From: a virus | Virus record (IMG/VR): IMGVR_UViG_3300035670_000147 | Location: 9,294-73,293 of that record | DNA: 64,000 bases | Direction: 5' to 3' (one strand) | Shown here: positions 36,596 to 45,148 of the stretch, piece by piece | Numbering within the stretch: the first letter of the stretch is position 1 | Layout: every line of letters begins with the position of its first letter | The notes under the pieces: model-generated | Seen by the model: the letters and a program-made list of their open reading frames with translations, nothing else | Database searches by the model: none | Told to the model about the DNA's origin: nothing | Translations under genes and position numbers: made by a program

Positions 36596-37894
36596 ATGGC
36601 ACGGATGCAACGTTCCCTCTTCGCTCAACTTAACGCTCTCGCGGAAGAAATTTCGCAGAGTTCGGTAAAGGCCGCCGCCGAAAAGAAGGCTGGTCCTGTT
36701 CCTTCTGACCCGGGCGGGTATCAAGGCGCTTCGACGCATCCGTCTGTCAGCGTAGGGAACGACGTGCAGGATGCCCCCTCCGGCGATCGTGCTCGCGAGT
36801 ACGAAGCCGACATCAAAAAGCAGCAGGGCGCGGTTTCCGTAGACAGCGCCCCCGAGATGTCGCAAGAGGGCCGGCAGGACGATGTCCAGTTGAACATCGG
36901 CACAAACGCCGCGGCCACCGGAGAAGACCCGGCTGCTGAAAAAGATTACAAGGGCACCAAAGACGACCCGGGCACCTCTTCGCCCGTTAAAGCCGACGAC
37001 GGCGAAAAGTATTCGTCGGTAACGTTTAAGCAGGCGCGCGACGCCTGCAGCACCCTTGGCAACGATATCTTGGCGAACCTGATTAATTTCGGCACGTCGA
37101 ATCTCAAGCAGGCCGAAATGCCGGCAGGTTTGGCGAAGGCGCTGCACGAAAAGAAAGAATCGCCCGCCGAAGAAAAAAGCGAACACAAGGGCGAGTTAAA
37201 GGGCGACCAGCATAAACTTGACGTCGACGACGACGGCAAGATCGAGGGCTCTGACCTCGCCGCCCTTCGCGCCGGCAAGGAAGCCGCTTACGAAGCCGGT
37301 TACGAACTGGCCGCGGCGCTGGGTGTCGAAAAAGACGCCGCCGAAGCCGCAGTGCGCGAGGTTTGTGCCAGCACAATCCGAGAAGCCGACGAGATGGCTG
37401 ACTTGTTAATCGGTTTTTTAACGGCTAAGCAGGCCGGAGCCGATGTTATGGACGAGGCAGCCGCGGGTGAAGATCATGGCGTGCCGGCCGATGCCGCCTC
37501 CGGCGCTAACGACGCGCCCCCGACGGGTGGCGGGCTTGAAGAAATGATGGCCGCTGGACCGGAAGGTGAGGCGGGCGGCGAGATGGGCGGCGAGATGGGC
37601 GGCGAGCCGAGCGACGAGGAAGCCGTGCAAGAACTGGCCATGGCGCTCGAAGAACTTGGAATCCCGCCGGAAGCGCTGCTGCAGGCCGTAGCCGAAGGCG
37701 GTGGCGGCGAAATGGGTGGCGGCGAAGCCGAGGCACCCAAAATGGCCGCCGCGGCCGATCTTAACGCGATCGGGCGTGCTGTTGTGAATTTTAAGCGTGC
37801 CGGAAAGTTTCAGGTCAAGGAAGCGCGCACCAAGCGTTCGCGCCAACTCCGCGACGTCATGAAGCAGCACGTGCTGGAACTCGTTAACCGATAA
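36596..37894 (+). CDS. Putative capsid scaffold protein (acidic, K-x-A-rich)
   Basis: Acidic low-complexity protein between protease and capsid genes; about 10 K-x-A sites; DVDDDGKIEGSD EF-hand-like loop. Confidence 0.55.
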   Translation: MARMQRSLFAQLNALAEEISQSSVKAAAEKKAGPVPSDPGGYQGASTHPSVSVGNDVQDAPSGDRAREYEADIKKQQGAVSVDSAPEMSQEGRQDDVQLNIGTNAAATGEDPAAEKDYKGTKDDPGTSSPVKADDGEKYSSVTFKQARDACSTLGNDILANLINFGTSNLKQAEMPAGLAKALHEKKESPAEEKSEHKGELKGDQHKLDVDDDGKIEGSDLAALRAGKEAAYEAGYELAAALGVEKDAAEAAVREVCASTIREADEMADLLIGFLTAKQAGADVMDEAAAGEDHGVPADAASGANDAPPTGGGLEEMMAAGPEGEAGGEMGGEMGGEPSDEEAVQELAMALEELGIPPEALLQAVAEGGGGEMGGGEAEAPKMAAAADLNAIGRAVVNFKRAGKFQVKEARTKRSRQLRDVMKQHVLELVNR

Positions 37895-37911
37895 GTCACG
37901 GAGGTTTACTA

Positions 37912-38337
37912 ATGTCCGATACGAACACGCTTGTACAGAAAGTCATCGACTACATCGGTTATTCCGATGCCGCGCTGACCAAGGCTGCTGCGGCGATCAA
38001 GGCGCAGGAAGAGCAGGCCGAAAAGTTGGCCGCGCTTATTCCGGCCGCGGTCGAAGCCTGCGTTGAACACGAACGTATTGAAGCCCACCAGAAAGAGGCG
38101 CTTGAGAAGGCGCTTCACGATCCGGTGCGCACAATGGAACTTGTCGTCAAACTCGCCGGCCACAAGAACGCCGCCGAGATGGCGCGACTCGGCACACCTG
38201 TGGGTCAGCAGAAGTCCGCTTCTTACGACCCCGATAAAAGTTTGACGAGCGGGTATGTGGGTGCCCGCGATGGTCGCCTCAAGGCCAGCGACATTAAGTT
38301 GTTTACTGGTCTTGGTCTCAATCCGCCCACTACCTGA
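37912..38337 (+). CDS. Helical head/scaffold-associated protein
   Basis: TKAA, EKLA, QKEA, VKLA, QKSA; GGAGG RBS. Confidence 0.55.
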   Translation: MSDTNTLVQKVIDYIGYSDAALTKAAAAIKAQEEQAEKLAALIPAAVEACVEHERIEAHQKEALEKALHDPVRTMELVVKLAGHKNAAEMARLGTPVGQQKSASYDPDKSLTSGYVGARDGRLKASDIKLFTGLGLNPPTT

Positions 38338-38373
38338 TAGATACAATAACTTTTTAGACATGGAGGTCTAACA

Positions 38374-38967
38374 ATGCCTGCTCCTGAGCAAATGTTTACT
38401 CACGGCCTTGACGTAAAGAAGGGCTGGTTCGACATGGCTTCGCTGGATTACGCAGCGAAGTTGTCGCCCGACGTAGAATTCGTTGTAAAGCGCGGTCGCG
38501 TTGTGCACGTCGATACGAACGGCGATTTTGTCCCCGGCGTGCACCAAACGAACGTCGCCATCTTCCTGCTCAACGGCAGCGAAGACGCTGACGTCAGCAA
38601 CCCGGGTTGGGGTCAGGGTCAGGGTGCCGGCGGCTCGAACGCCACCCAGACCGCTGCTAACTTCATGCACATTGCCGTCGCCCCGACTGGCAAGATGTCT
38701 GGCCTCGTGGCTACCGGCGGTTACGAAATCTCGTCGACCGAATTCGTCGAGACCGGAACTGCTTACGTGCCGGGCCAACTTTTGACTGCGACGACAACGG
38801 CTACGCCGGCTGCTGGTGACGGCCGCCTGACGAACGCCTCTGTCACGCAGTTTGAAACGCCGGTTGTCGGTGTGGTGTCCAGCGGTGTTGCTACGAACCA
38901 CAATGGAATTGCGGCCCTCTCGTTCTGGTGTGTCTGGCTCCCGGGCAGCACCGAATGGGCGGCTTGA
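38374..38967 (+). CDS. Putative capsid decoration/cement protein
   Basis: Beta-rich 197-aa protein immediately upstream of the major capsid gene; YVPGQLLT...VVGVVS pattern. Confidence 0.6.
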   Translation: MPAPEQMFTHGLDVKKGWFDMASLDYAAKLSPDVEFVVKRGRVVHVDTNGDFVPGVHQTNVAIFLLNGSEDADVSNPGWGQGQGAGGSNATQTAANFMHIAVAPTGKMSGLVATGGYEISSTEFVETGTAYVPGQLLTATTTATPAAGDGRLTNASVTQFETPVVGVVSSGVATNHNGIAALSFWCVWLPGSTEWAA

Positions 38968-39005
38968 ACTAATCAACCCTAATAGAAGACATGGAGGTCT
39001 TTAAA

Positions 39006-39932
39006 ATGCCCACTCAGCAAGAAGTTCAACTGCTCAACGAGACGCTTTTTGAGCAACTTGACACCCCCGGCATGCAGAAGCAGGCCATTGACGCGGTTAA
39101 CGACTTCACGCGCACCAAAATGCGTGAAGACGGGTTCTACCGGCGGATTATGCCGCCGCTGACCATCACCAACGACGAACTGGACCGTCAGGTTGACACT
39201 GACAAGCCGGTCAAGGTGGTGGACAAGGAGCCCGATTCCCCGGCGGCTGTGTCGCTCCCGTTTGCGACACTCCCGATCAACTTCTACATCCGTGGCCCGC
39301 GCTACCGCGTCATGTTTGACCGGATCGTGTCGCCCCGCGCTGTGAAGGACGTCGACGAACTCCGGACGTATGTCATCGACATCCGTCAGGTGCTCAGCGA
39401 CAACATGATCAAGGACATGCTCGCCGAGGAGGACTCCAAGTTCATCAACGCGATGGACGCCGCGGTTGGCGCCGCGGACACGAACAACGCGTTGTCTGGC
39501 GTTCCGCAGAACGTCACGATCTCGGGCGGAATCACCCGCGAGACGATCGTTGACGCGCTGAAGGTCATGCCGTCGACTCCCAGCCACTTCGAGGTGGAGA
39601 CTTGCTTGGTGAACAACATCACCATCAAGGAACTGCTGAAGTTCGGCCGCGACGAGATGGGCGGTGACTTCTCGCAGGACATCATCAAGAACGGTTGGGC
39701 GGAGACCAACTTCCTCAACTGCCGCTGGATTGTCACGATCAAGCGGAATCTTGTGCCGAACGATGTACTGTACATGTTCGCCTCGCCGAAGTTTATCGGC
39801 AAGAACTACGAGTTGGAGCCCACCACGATGTACATCCGTCGCGAGGCTTACATGCTTGAGTACTTTGCGTACAACACGCAGGGCGGCTCGTTCGGTCACA
39901 CGAACGGTCTGGCCAAGGTAACGTTTGTCTGA
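39006..39932 (+). CDS. Major capsid protein (HK97 fold, inferred)
   Basis: 308 aa; strong codon bias; position after protease, scaffold and decoration genes; helical IKDMLAEEDSKFINAMD segment. Confidence 0.75.
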   Translation: MPTQQEVQLLNETLFEQLDTPGMQKQAIDAVNDFTRTKMREDGFYRRIMPPLTITNDELDRQVDTDKPVKVVDKEPDSPAAVSLPFATLPINFYIRGPRYRVMFDRIVSPRAVKDVDELRTYVIDIRQVLSDNMIKDMLAEEDSKFINAMDAAVGAADTNNALSGVPQNVTISGGITRETIVDALKVMPSTPSHFEVETCLVNNITIKELLKFGRDEMGGDFSQDIIKNGWAETNFLNCRWIVTIKRNLVPNDVLYMFASPKFIGKNYELEPTTMYIRREAYMLEYFAYNTQGGSFGHTNGLAKVTFV

Positions 39933-39963
39933 GCCGTATAAATAACAAAGGAGCACCATCACC

Positions 39964-40356
39964 ATGTCCGAGAACATTAAGGAAGCGGCAGAGCAGGCTT
40001 ACGCCACAGTTGTGACGCAACTTGCTGCGCCATATTTCTTCGAAAAACTCGCCGCGCACGGCATTACGCCGGGCTCGGAGGGTGAAGCCGCAGAAATGTG
40101 GACTGCCGCGCAGAAATTGCACGTGCTCTATACGGCGGAACAGGAAAAAACCGCTGCGGCAAGGCACAGTGGTCTGGCTGCTGTAAATCAGCAACTGGAT
40201 GCGGTGCTTGCGGCGGCGACGGGCACCGACGGCGGCGACGAGAAGCAGGCTGCGTTTTATGACGTAGCCGCTCTCGCCGCAGGCCGGCCCGAAATTGCCG
40301 ATGCTGTATTAACCCTGCAAGCCGCCGCTGCTGCGGCCATGCAATCCGCAGAGTAA
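39964..40356 (+). CDS. Ala-rich head-associated protein
   Basis: IKEA, EKLA, EKTA, EKQA. Confidence 0.55.
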   Translation: MSENIKEAAEQAYATVVTQLAAPYFFEKLAAHGITPGSEGEAAEMWTAAQKLHVLYTAEQEKTAAARHSGLAAVNQQLDAVLAAATGTDGGDEKQAAFYDVAALAAGRPEIADAVLTLQAAAAAAMQSAE

Positions 40357-40367
40357 CGGAGTCAAAA

Positions 40368-40754
40368 ATGTCCATCACTTCTTCTGATCTTTATACTGTT
40401 GTAAAGAACGTTTCGGGCAAGACCCTGACGTTCGGTTTTCTGGGGGCGCACGGCAAGACGCTGGAAAGCAACGCTACGTTCACCGTCCCCGGCGACCTTG
40501 TAACGAAACTGGGCGCGCAACGCAGCCAGCGGAAGTTCAAGGCGCTGGAGCGCGCGCTGACAGAAAATTTGTTGGAAATTGTCAGGTCTCCGTCGGTCTA
40601 CTTGCTCAGCGAGTCTGGCAACGTAACCCGCGAACTGGCGATGGCGTCGACGAAAGAACTCGGCACAACTGCCCCGTCTTACAAGGGTGGCGGCGACTTT
40701 GTCGAGGGCGATCTTGACGCCAACGAACCCGAGCCTGTGCCCGAAGGCGCCTGA
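40368..40754 (+). CDS. Small virion protein
   Basis: Last gene of the capsid operon before a terminator. Confidence 0.55.
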   Translation: MSITSSDLYTVVKNVSGKTLTFGFLGAHGKTLESNATFTVPGDLVTKLGAQRSQRKFKALERALTENLLEIVRSPSVYLLSESGNVTRELAMASTKELGTTAPSYKGGGDFVEGDLDANEPEPVPEGA

Positions 40755-40779
40755 TAACAAAAACAGTCGCAATAAAATG

Positions 40780-40810
40780 AGGCTGACCGATTCGTCGGTC
40801 AGCCTTTTTT
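40780..40810 (+). terminator. Rho-independent terminator
   Basis: AGGCTGACCGA-TTCG-TCGGTCAGCCT followed by T5. Confidence 0.9.
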
Positions 40811-40845
40811 ATTTGTATACTAAGACGTAAATACAGGAGCAATTT

Positions 40846-41835
40846 ATGGCCGTCATTGCCACGCCTACGTCTCACGCGCTCGAACAATGCTGTGACAACC
40901 GCAATACGGCGCCCGTTTTGACGCCTGTTTCGTGCGCGGGGCAAAGCATAGTTAGCGCCCCGATCTCTGAGCAAAACGGCCAGCCCGTCCTGACGCGAAT
41001 GCGGGCTATTTCGATTACACAAGGCCAGTGCGCCACAATTACGTGGCAAATGCACGATAAAGACGGCTTGCCGGTCGACATGTCGGCGTGCAACGAACTG
41101 CCGCTAAAAGTCGTATTGCGCCTGCGCGAACAAATTGCGCTCAGCCACACGTCGCCAACAGTGCAGGTCGACGCGACAGTAACGGACGCAGCGACAGGCA
41201 AGATCGAAGTACAACTAACTAAAAATATGGTCGGAATACCGGGAATCTTTTATGGCGAAATGGCGTTAATCAACATTCCGGCCGAAGAAGCCGGGCTGCC
41301 ATGCGTCGTATTCTCGAACACTTTTTACGTAATTATTAACCGCAGCGCTTTTGATGCGCGCGGCGGGCTGAATAGCGGGCCACCGAGTGTTGCCGAGATC
41401 AGGCTGCATTTACGAGATTCAGCGCCGAATGAAAGTTATCTGTTAGAACATTTAATGTTTGATGACGCGGAAATCGCGCTCGCCATCGGCCGCCCAGTTA
41501 TGTACTGGAACGAGACGCCGCCTCCGCTGCGCACATTCAGCACACAAAACTTTCCGTTCAGATATCATTGGCTTGAAGGCATTTGCGCCAATTTATTCAT
41601 GATGGTAGCCGAGCAGTTTCGGCGTAATCAGTTGACTTACTCTGCCGGCGGAATTCAAGTAGACGACCAAAACAAAGAATCGTCGTACGAACGCGCGGGT
41701 CAGGCGCGCTGGCAGGCTTACCGCGAATGGGTCAGAGCCACGAAAGCCAGCATCAACCTCGAAAGTTGCTATGGTGAGGTGTCGTCGAACTACAAATACA
41801 GCGCCTACACCGACGCGATCAGGATTCGGTACTAG
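40846..41835 (+). CDS. Putative head-tail adaptor/neck protein with N-terminal Ig-like domain
   Basis: ITQG...DAATGKIEVQL (BppU-like) followed by a helical IRLHLRD...FDDAEI...WNETPP domain; position after the capsid operon. Confidence 0.55.
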   Translation: MAVIATPTSHALEQCCDNRNTAPVLTPVSCAGQSIVSAPISEQNGQPVLTRMRAISITQGQCATITWQMHDKDGLPVDMSACNELPLKVVLRLREQIALSHTSPTVQVDATVTDAATGKIEVQLTKNMVGIPGIFYGEMALINIPAEEAGLPCVVFSNTFYVIINRSAFDARGGLNSGPPSVAEIRLHLRDSAPNESYLLEHLMFDDAEIALAIGRPVMYWNETPPPLRTFSTQNFPFRYHWLEGICANLFMMVAEQFRRNQLTYSAGGIQVDDQNKESSYERAGQARWQAYREWVRATKASINLESCYGEVSSNYKYSAYTDAIRIRY

Positions 41836-41861
41836 TATCGCATTCTAGAATTTGGAATATT

Positions 41862-41945
41862 CGCCGTAAGTCGTTTATTTTCAAACACTTACGACGTCAG
41901 GGTATTGCTTGCGCGCCGTAAGTCGTTTATTTTCAAACACTTACG
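41862..41945. repeat. Two identical 32-bp direct repeats, each an imperfect palindrome, separated by 20 bp
   Basis: CGCCGTAAGTCGTTTATTTTCAAACACTTACG at 41862-41893 and 41914-41945. Confidence 0.95.
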
Positions 41946-42122
41946 CAATTCGCGAATAGCGAACGTGTTACGGAACGTAGGTCGAAATTTTTTTTGACCG
42001 AGGTTTTGTAACACCTAAATATCCGGCAAAAACGCGGCATATTTGGTAGTGCACGTTTTTTATTGCCGGTCGAACGCGCATTCTCCGGCAATTTCCTTCC
42101 ACTGCGCGGTGGAGAATACCAA

Positions 42123-42656
42123 ATGAAGAGCGTGAGTTTAGCCACTCAGGACGTTTTGGCTCAGTTTCGCAAAAAGGCGGCTGATTTGCCGTACGAGTCC
42201 CACCCTTACGCGAACGCCGCACGCGGTCGCGACAATCTCGGTCTTTCCGAGTGGACCGAGGAGCACCGCCACGACGCCACGATGGCGATGGCTATGTGGG
42301 TGACCATGATCGTCGGCCAGTCGATTGCGTCGACGCTGAACGAAATGGTGGCGCTCATGAAAATCGCCTGCGAAACGGGCGACGAAGAGCATAAGAAGGC
42401 CGCCGACGAACTCGCGGGGTCTATGACGTTTGTTGAGAACGTTTTTAAGACTTTTATGTGCTCTATCGATTTTGAGCACGTCGCTGAGCAATTGTTTGCG
42501 GACGGCGAAAAGATGGAGAAAGAGCGTCGCGAAGAATTCGCGGCGGCGGAGGCGGCGAAGGCAAAGGTTGCGAAGTCAAATATCGACAACCCAACCCCGA
42601 GCCCGGCGCCCCTGAGCGGCACCGTTCACCGGCGCTGGGAGCCGAGCCAGAACTAA
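42123..42656 (+). CDS. Hypothetical protein, first gene of the inserted island
   Basis: GGAG RBS; followed by a terminator. Confidence 0.65.
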   Translation: MKSVSLATQDVLAQFRKKAADLPYESHPYANAARGRDNLGLSEWTEEHRHDATMAMAMWVTMIVGQSIASTLNEMVALMKIACETGDEEHKKAADELAGSMTFVENVFKTFMCSIDFEHVAEQLFADGEKMEKERREEFAAAEAAKAKVAKSNIDNPTPSPAPLSGTVHRRWEPSQN

Positions 42657-42678
42657 CGCAACAGCGTTAGCGGCCGAG

Positions 42679-42725
42679 AAAGAGCCACCCCAGAATGCAG
42701 TCTCTGGGGTGGCTCTTTTATTTTT
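42679..42725 (+). terminator. Rho-independent terminator
   Basis: AAAGAGCCACCCCAGA/TCTGGGGTGGCTCTTT stem followed by a T tract. Confidence 0.8.
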
Positions 42726-42743
42726 GACTGCGCAGGAGCAAAC

Positions 42744-43574
42744 ATGTCCGCTTCCGTTGAAACGCTGCTGCCCGGCTATCACGCGCGGCGGCGTGAAAGT
42801 TTGGCCGCCAAGTTGTTGGCGCTCGTCACCGACACGGTTCGTGCCGCACTCCTTGTCGGGGCTCCCGGTACCGGAAAGACTTTCTTTGCCGAGTGCTTTG
42901 CGCGCGGCAGGAAGGCTAAACACTACTTCATTCCGTGCCATCCTTGGTTGACCAACGAAGAGGTTAATCAGGGCGTGGATATCGGCAAGGTGGCGGTCGG
43001 CGTCGCGCACGCAGATGAGGCGTATCTTGACGGCCAGTTGCTGCGCGCGGTCAAAGCAACGGCACATCACGACGTCGTCATCACGCTCGACGAGGTGGAG
43101 AAGGCCGGCAGTCGGTTCTACCCGCTTATTCTGGACTTTCTCCAGCACGGGCGGGTGCCAGACGCGCGACACCACATGCACCAAGCCGACCTGAAACGAC
43201 TCTTTATCGTGCTTACCGCGAACGAAGAGACGGACTTGCCCGAAGCCGTGAAGCGTCGATGTTTTCGCGTGATCATGGAATTCCTTCCTGAGCACATCGA
43301 GGTCGACGTCTTACGGAAATCGACCGGCGCGCCGGGAGGGGCTTGTCGGCTGGCGGTGCGCATGGCGAACGCCATTCGCACCCGCGGCGAATCCAAGCCG
43401 AGCCTTCAGGAGTTGCGTGAACTTCTGCGGTCTCGTGTTTTGGTGGAATCCGCGGCGGACACAGACGCGCTGATTGACGGGTTTCTCGTAAAGGACCCGA
43501 AGGACCGCGCCGCAATCGAACGTGAAATTCGTTCGCCCGGCGCAGTCTTGTTCGGCGAGTTCGGGAGGAAGTAG
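42744..43574 (+). CDS. MoxR-like AAA+ ATPase
   Basis: Walker A GAPGTGKT, Walker B TLDEVEK, sensor-1 LTAN, arginine finger EAVKRRC. Confidence 0.85.
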   Translation: MSASVETLLPGYHARRRESLAAKLLALVTDTVRAALLVGAPGTGKTFFAECFARGRKAKHYFIPCHPWLTNEEVNQGVDIGKVAVGVAHADEAYLDGQLLRAVKATAHHDVVITLDEVEKAGSRFYPLILDFLQHGRVPDARHHMHQADLKRLFIVLTANEETDLPEAVKRRCFRVIMEFLPEHIEVDVLRKSTGAPGGACRLAVRMANAIRTRGESKPSLQELRELLRSRVLVESAADTDALIDGFLVKDPKDRAAIEREIRSPGAVLFGEFGRK

Positions 43575-43644
43575 TCAACGGGGCGCGACTCTGTGGCGGG
43601 AGTCGCGCCCCGTACACCCACGCCACGAAAGGAGGTTGCAAATC

Positions 43645-45096
43645 ATGGCTATAACACTTCGTGAAATGCAGAAGTTTTTGAGCCTGTCGCGGCGCGACGG
43701 GGTGGTGGATTCTGCGCTATACCCGTGGCGCAAAACCGTAGCGCGATTTGCCAATTTCGTGGCGGGGCATAAGCGCTTTCGTAGAGTAGTACTTGACCGC
43801 GGATTAATTGTAAACACGTGCACTTGCAACGAATGCGTGTTTGCCGGGCGGACAACCAACCCGCAGTCGCTTGTCGACTCGTTAACGCGACGCTACGGTC
43901 CTTATGCCGATCTTGATGACGTTTTGAACGATCTGGAGCGAGCGGCCGCCGAAAAGCAGCCGCAGCAACCCCAGCAAAACGAGCAAAGTCAGCACGAGCA
44001 GCCGGCGCAGGAGCAGGAGCCGCAAAACCAGCAATCGCAGGGCGGTCAGGGTTCGGACAGCGATCAGGACGGCGATCCCGACCCCGACGGGGCGGGAGAA
44101 CCTGACGCGCAGTCTCAGCCCCAGCCGGGACAATCTCGCGCGCAGCCAACCGGTTCTGCGCCTGAGTCGTCTCAGCAGCCGCACCCGCAGCAGGTGTTGC
44201 AGCAGATGAAAGAGGCTTTTCGCGAGGCAGTTCGGACGGCGCAACGGCAGCCCAACTGCCCCGTTGCCGCGAATAACCTCCGGCAGGCAAAGAAGTTGTT
44301 GCGAGAAACTCGTAAGCGGGTATCGGTTAAACCGAGACCTGTGCGCGAGGGTCCTTCGCTCTCCGCTCGGAAACACCTGACAACTTCCCACGGGAGGTTG
44401 CGGCGTGTGCCGCAAAATTTGCGGAGTCAGATGGCCGAACTGATTAATCGGCTAGTCTTACAGGCCGGGACATCAGGTTCCCAACTGGGTCCTATTCCTG
44501 TATTGAGCCCGCGTAAACTTGTAAATAGGATGCTTGTCCAGCGTCCGTTACAAAACGCACTCAAGGAAGACAGCGTCAGCGGACGTCCGGTTACGCTGTT
44601 TCTTCCAGACATTTCGCCGAGTTGCGAGGCGCAGGCTCAGATCGCCTGCGACCTTGCAAACGCGGCAGGGTACGCCGGAATCTCAGGTTCCGACGTGTTG
44701 GTTTTTCCGCACTGCAACGGCGAAGTGTCCGCGCACGAGGACTACTTTCCGTGGCTTAACGGGAAGCCAGTTACCGACGCCGTCCGCGAGATTCCCAAAC
44801 TCTACGAGGACGTTTGCACCGGTCACAGTCGTTTTAAGGTTCGTGTTGTCGTCTTACTAGGCGACCACGACGCGGTTCATCATTACGAGAAAATCGCGGC
44901 ACTCAAGACGGTGCTCCGAGTCGTCTGGCTGCATAACTACCGGTCCTCGTCGGACCGGCGTGACGCGGCGCTGGAGGAATCCAGTTCTTTCCTCGCCCCG
45001 GGCTGGTCTACCGAGGTGATGGAAAAGTTGTCGTTGGTGTCTGGCTGCACCACGACGACAACAATGCTTCGCGGCTTTGGTTTGGCCGTGAAGTAA
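43645..45096 (+). CDS. vWA/MIDAS-domain partner of MoxR with Gln-rich disordered linker
   Basis: AGGAGG RBS; MIDAS-like LPDISPS (DxSxS) and VVVLLGD; Q/E/P/D-rich linker. Confidence 0.7.
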   Translation: MAITLREMQKFLSLSRRDGVVDSALYPWRKTVARFANFVAGHKRFRRVVLDRGLIVNTCTCNECVFAGRTTNPQSLVDSLTRRYGPYADLDDVLNDLERAAAEKQPQQPQQNEQSQHEQPAQEQEPQNQQSQGGQGSDSDQDGDPDPDGAGEPDAQSQPQPGQSRAQPTGSAPESSQQPHPQQVLQQMKEAFREAVRTAQRQPNCPVAANNLRQAKKLLRETRKRVSVKPRPVREGPSLSARKHLTTSHGRLRRVPQNLRSQMAELINRLVLQAGTSGSQLGPIPVLSPRKLVNRMLVQRPLQNALKEDSVSGRPVTLFLPDISPSCEAQAQIACDLANAAGYAGISGSDVLVFPHCNGEVSAHEDYFPWLNGKPVTDAVREIPKLYEDVCTGHSRFKVRVVVLLGDHDAVHHYEKIAALKTVLRVVWLHNYRSSSDRRDAALEESSSFLAPGWSTEVMEKLSLVSGCTTTTTMLRGFGLAVK

Positions 45097-45148
45097 ACGC
45101 AGCAACCGCAGCGCAGAAGGGAGGTAATAAGGTGTTTACGTAAATACG

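Noticed and set aside
38979-39977. 332-aa minus-strand ORF, and the many other minus-strand ORFs in the track
   Set aside because: These are antisense shadows of the capsid and other + strand genes in GC-rich DNA, with no RBS or motifs.
41862-41945. Mini CRISPR array
   Set aside because: Only two repeats, a 20-bp spacer, no typical repeat end motif and no cas genes in the window. A protein-binding dyad fits better.
43522-43644. Readthrough or frameshift fusion of MoxR with the vWA gene
   Set aside because: The vWA frame is +1 relative to MoxR, no slippery site is visible, and a strong AGGAGG RBS supports ATG 43645.
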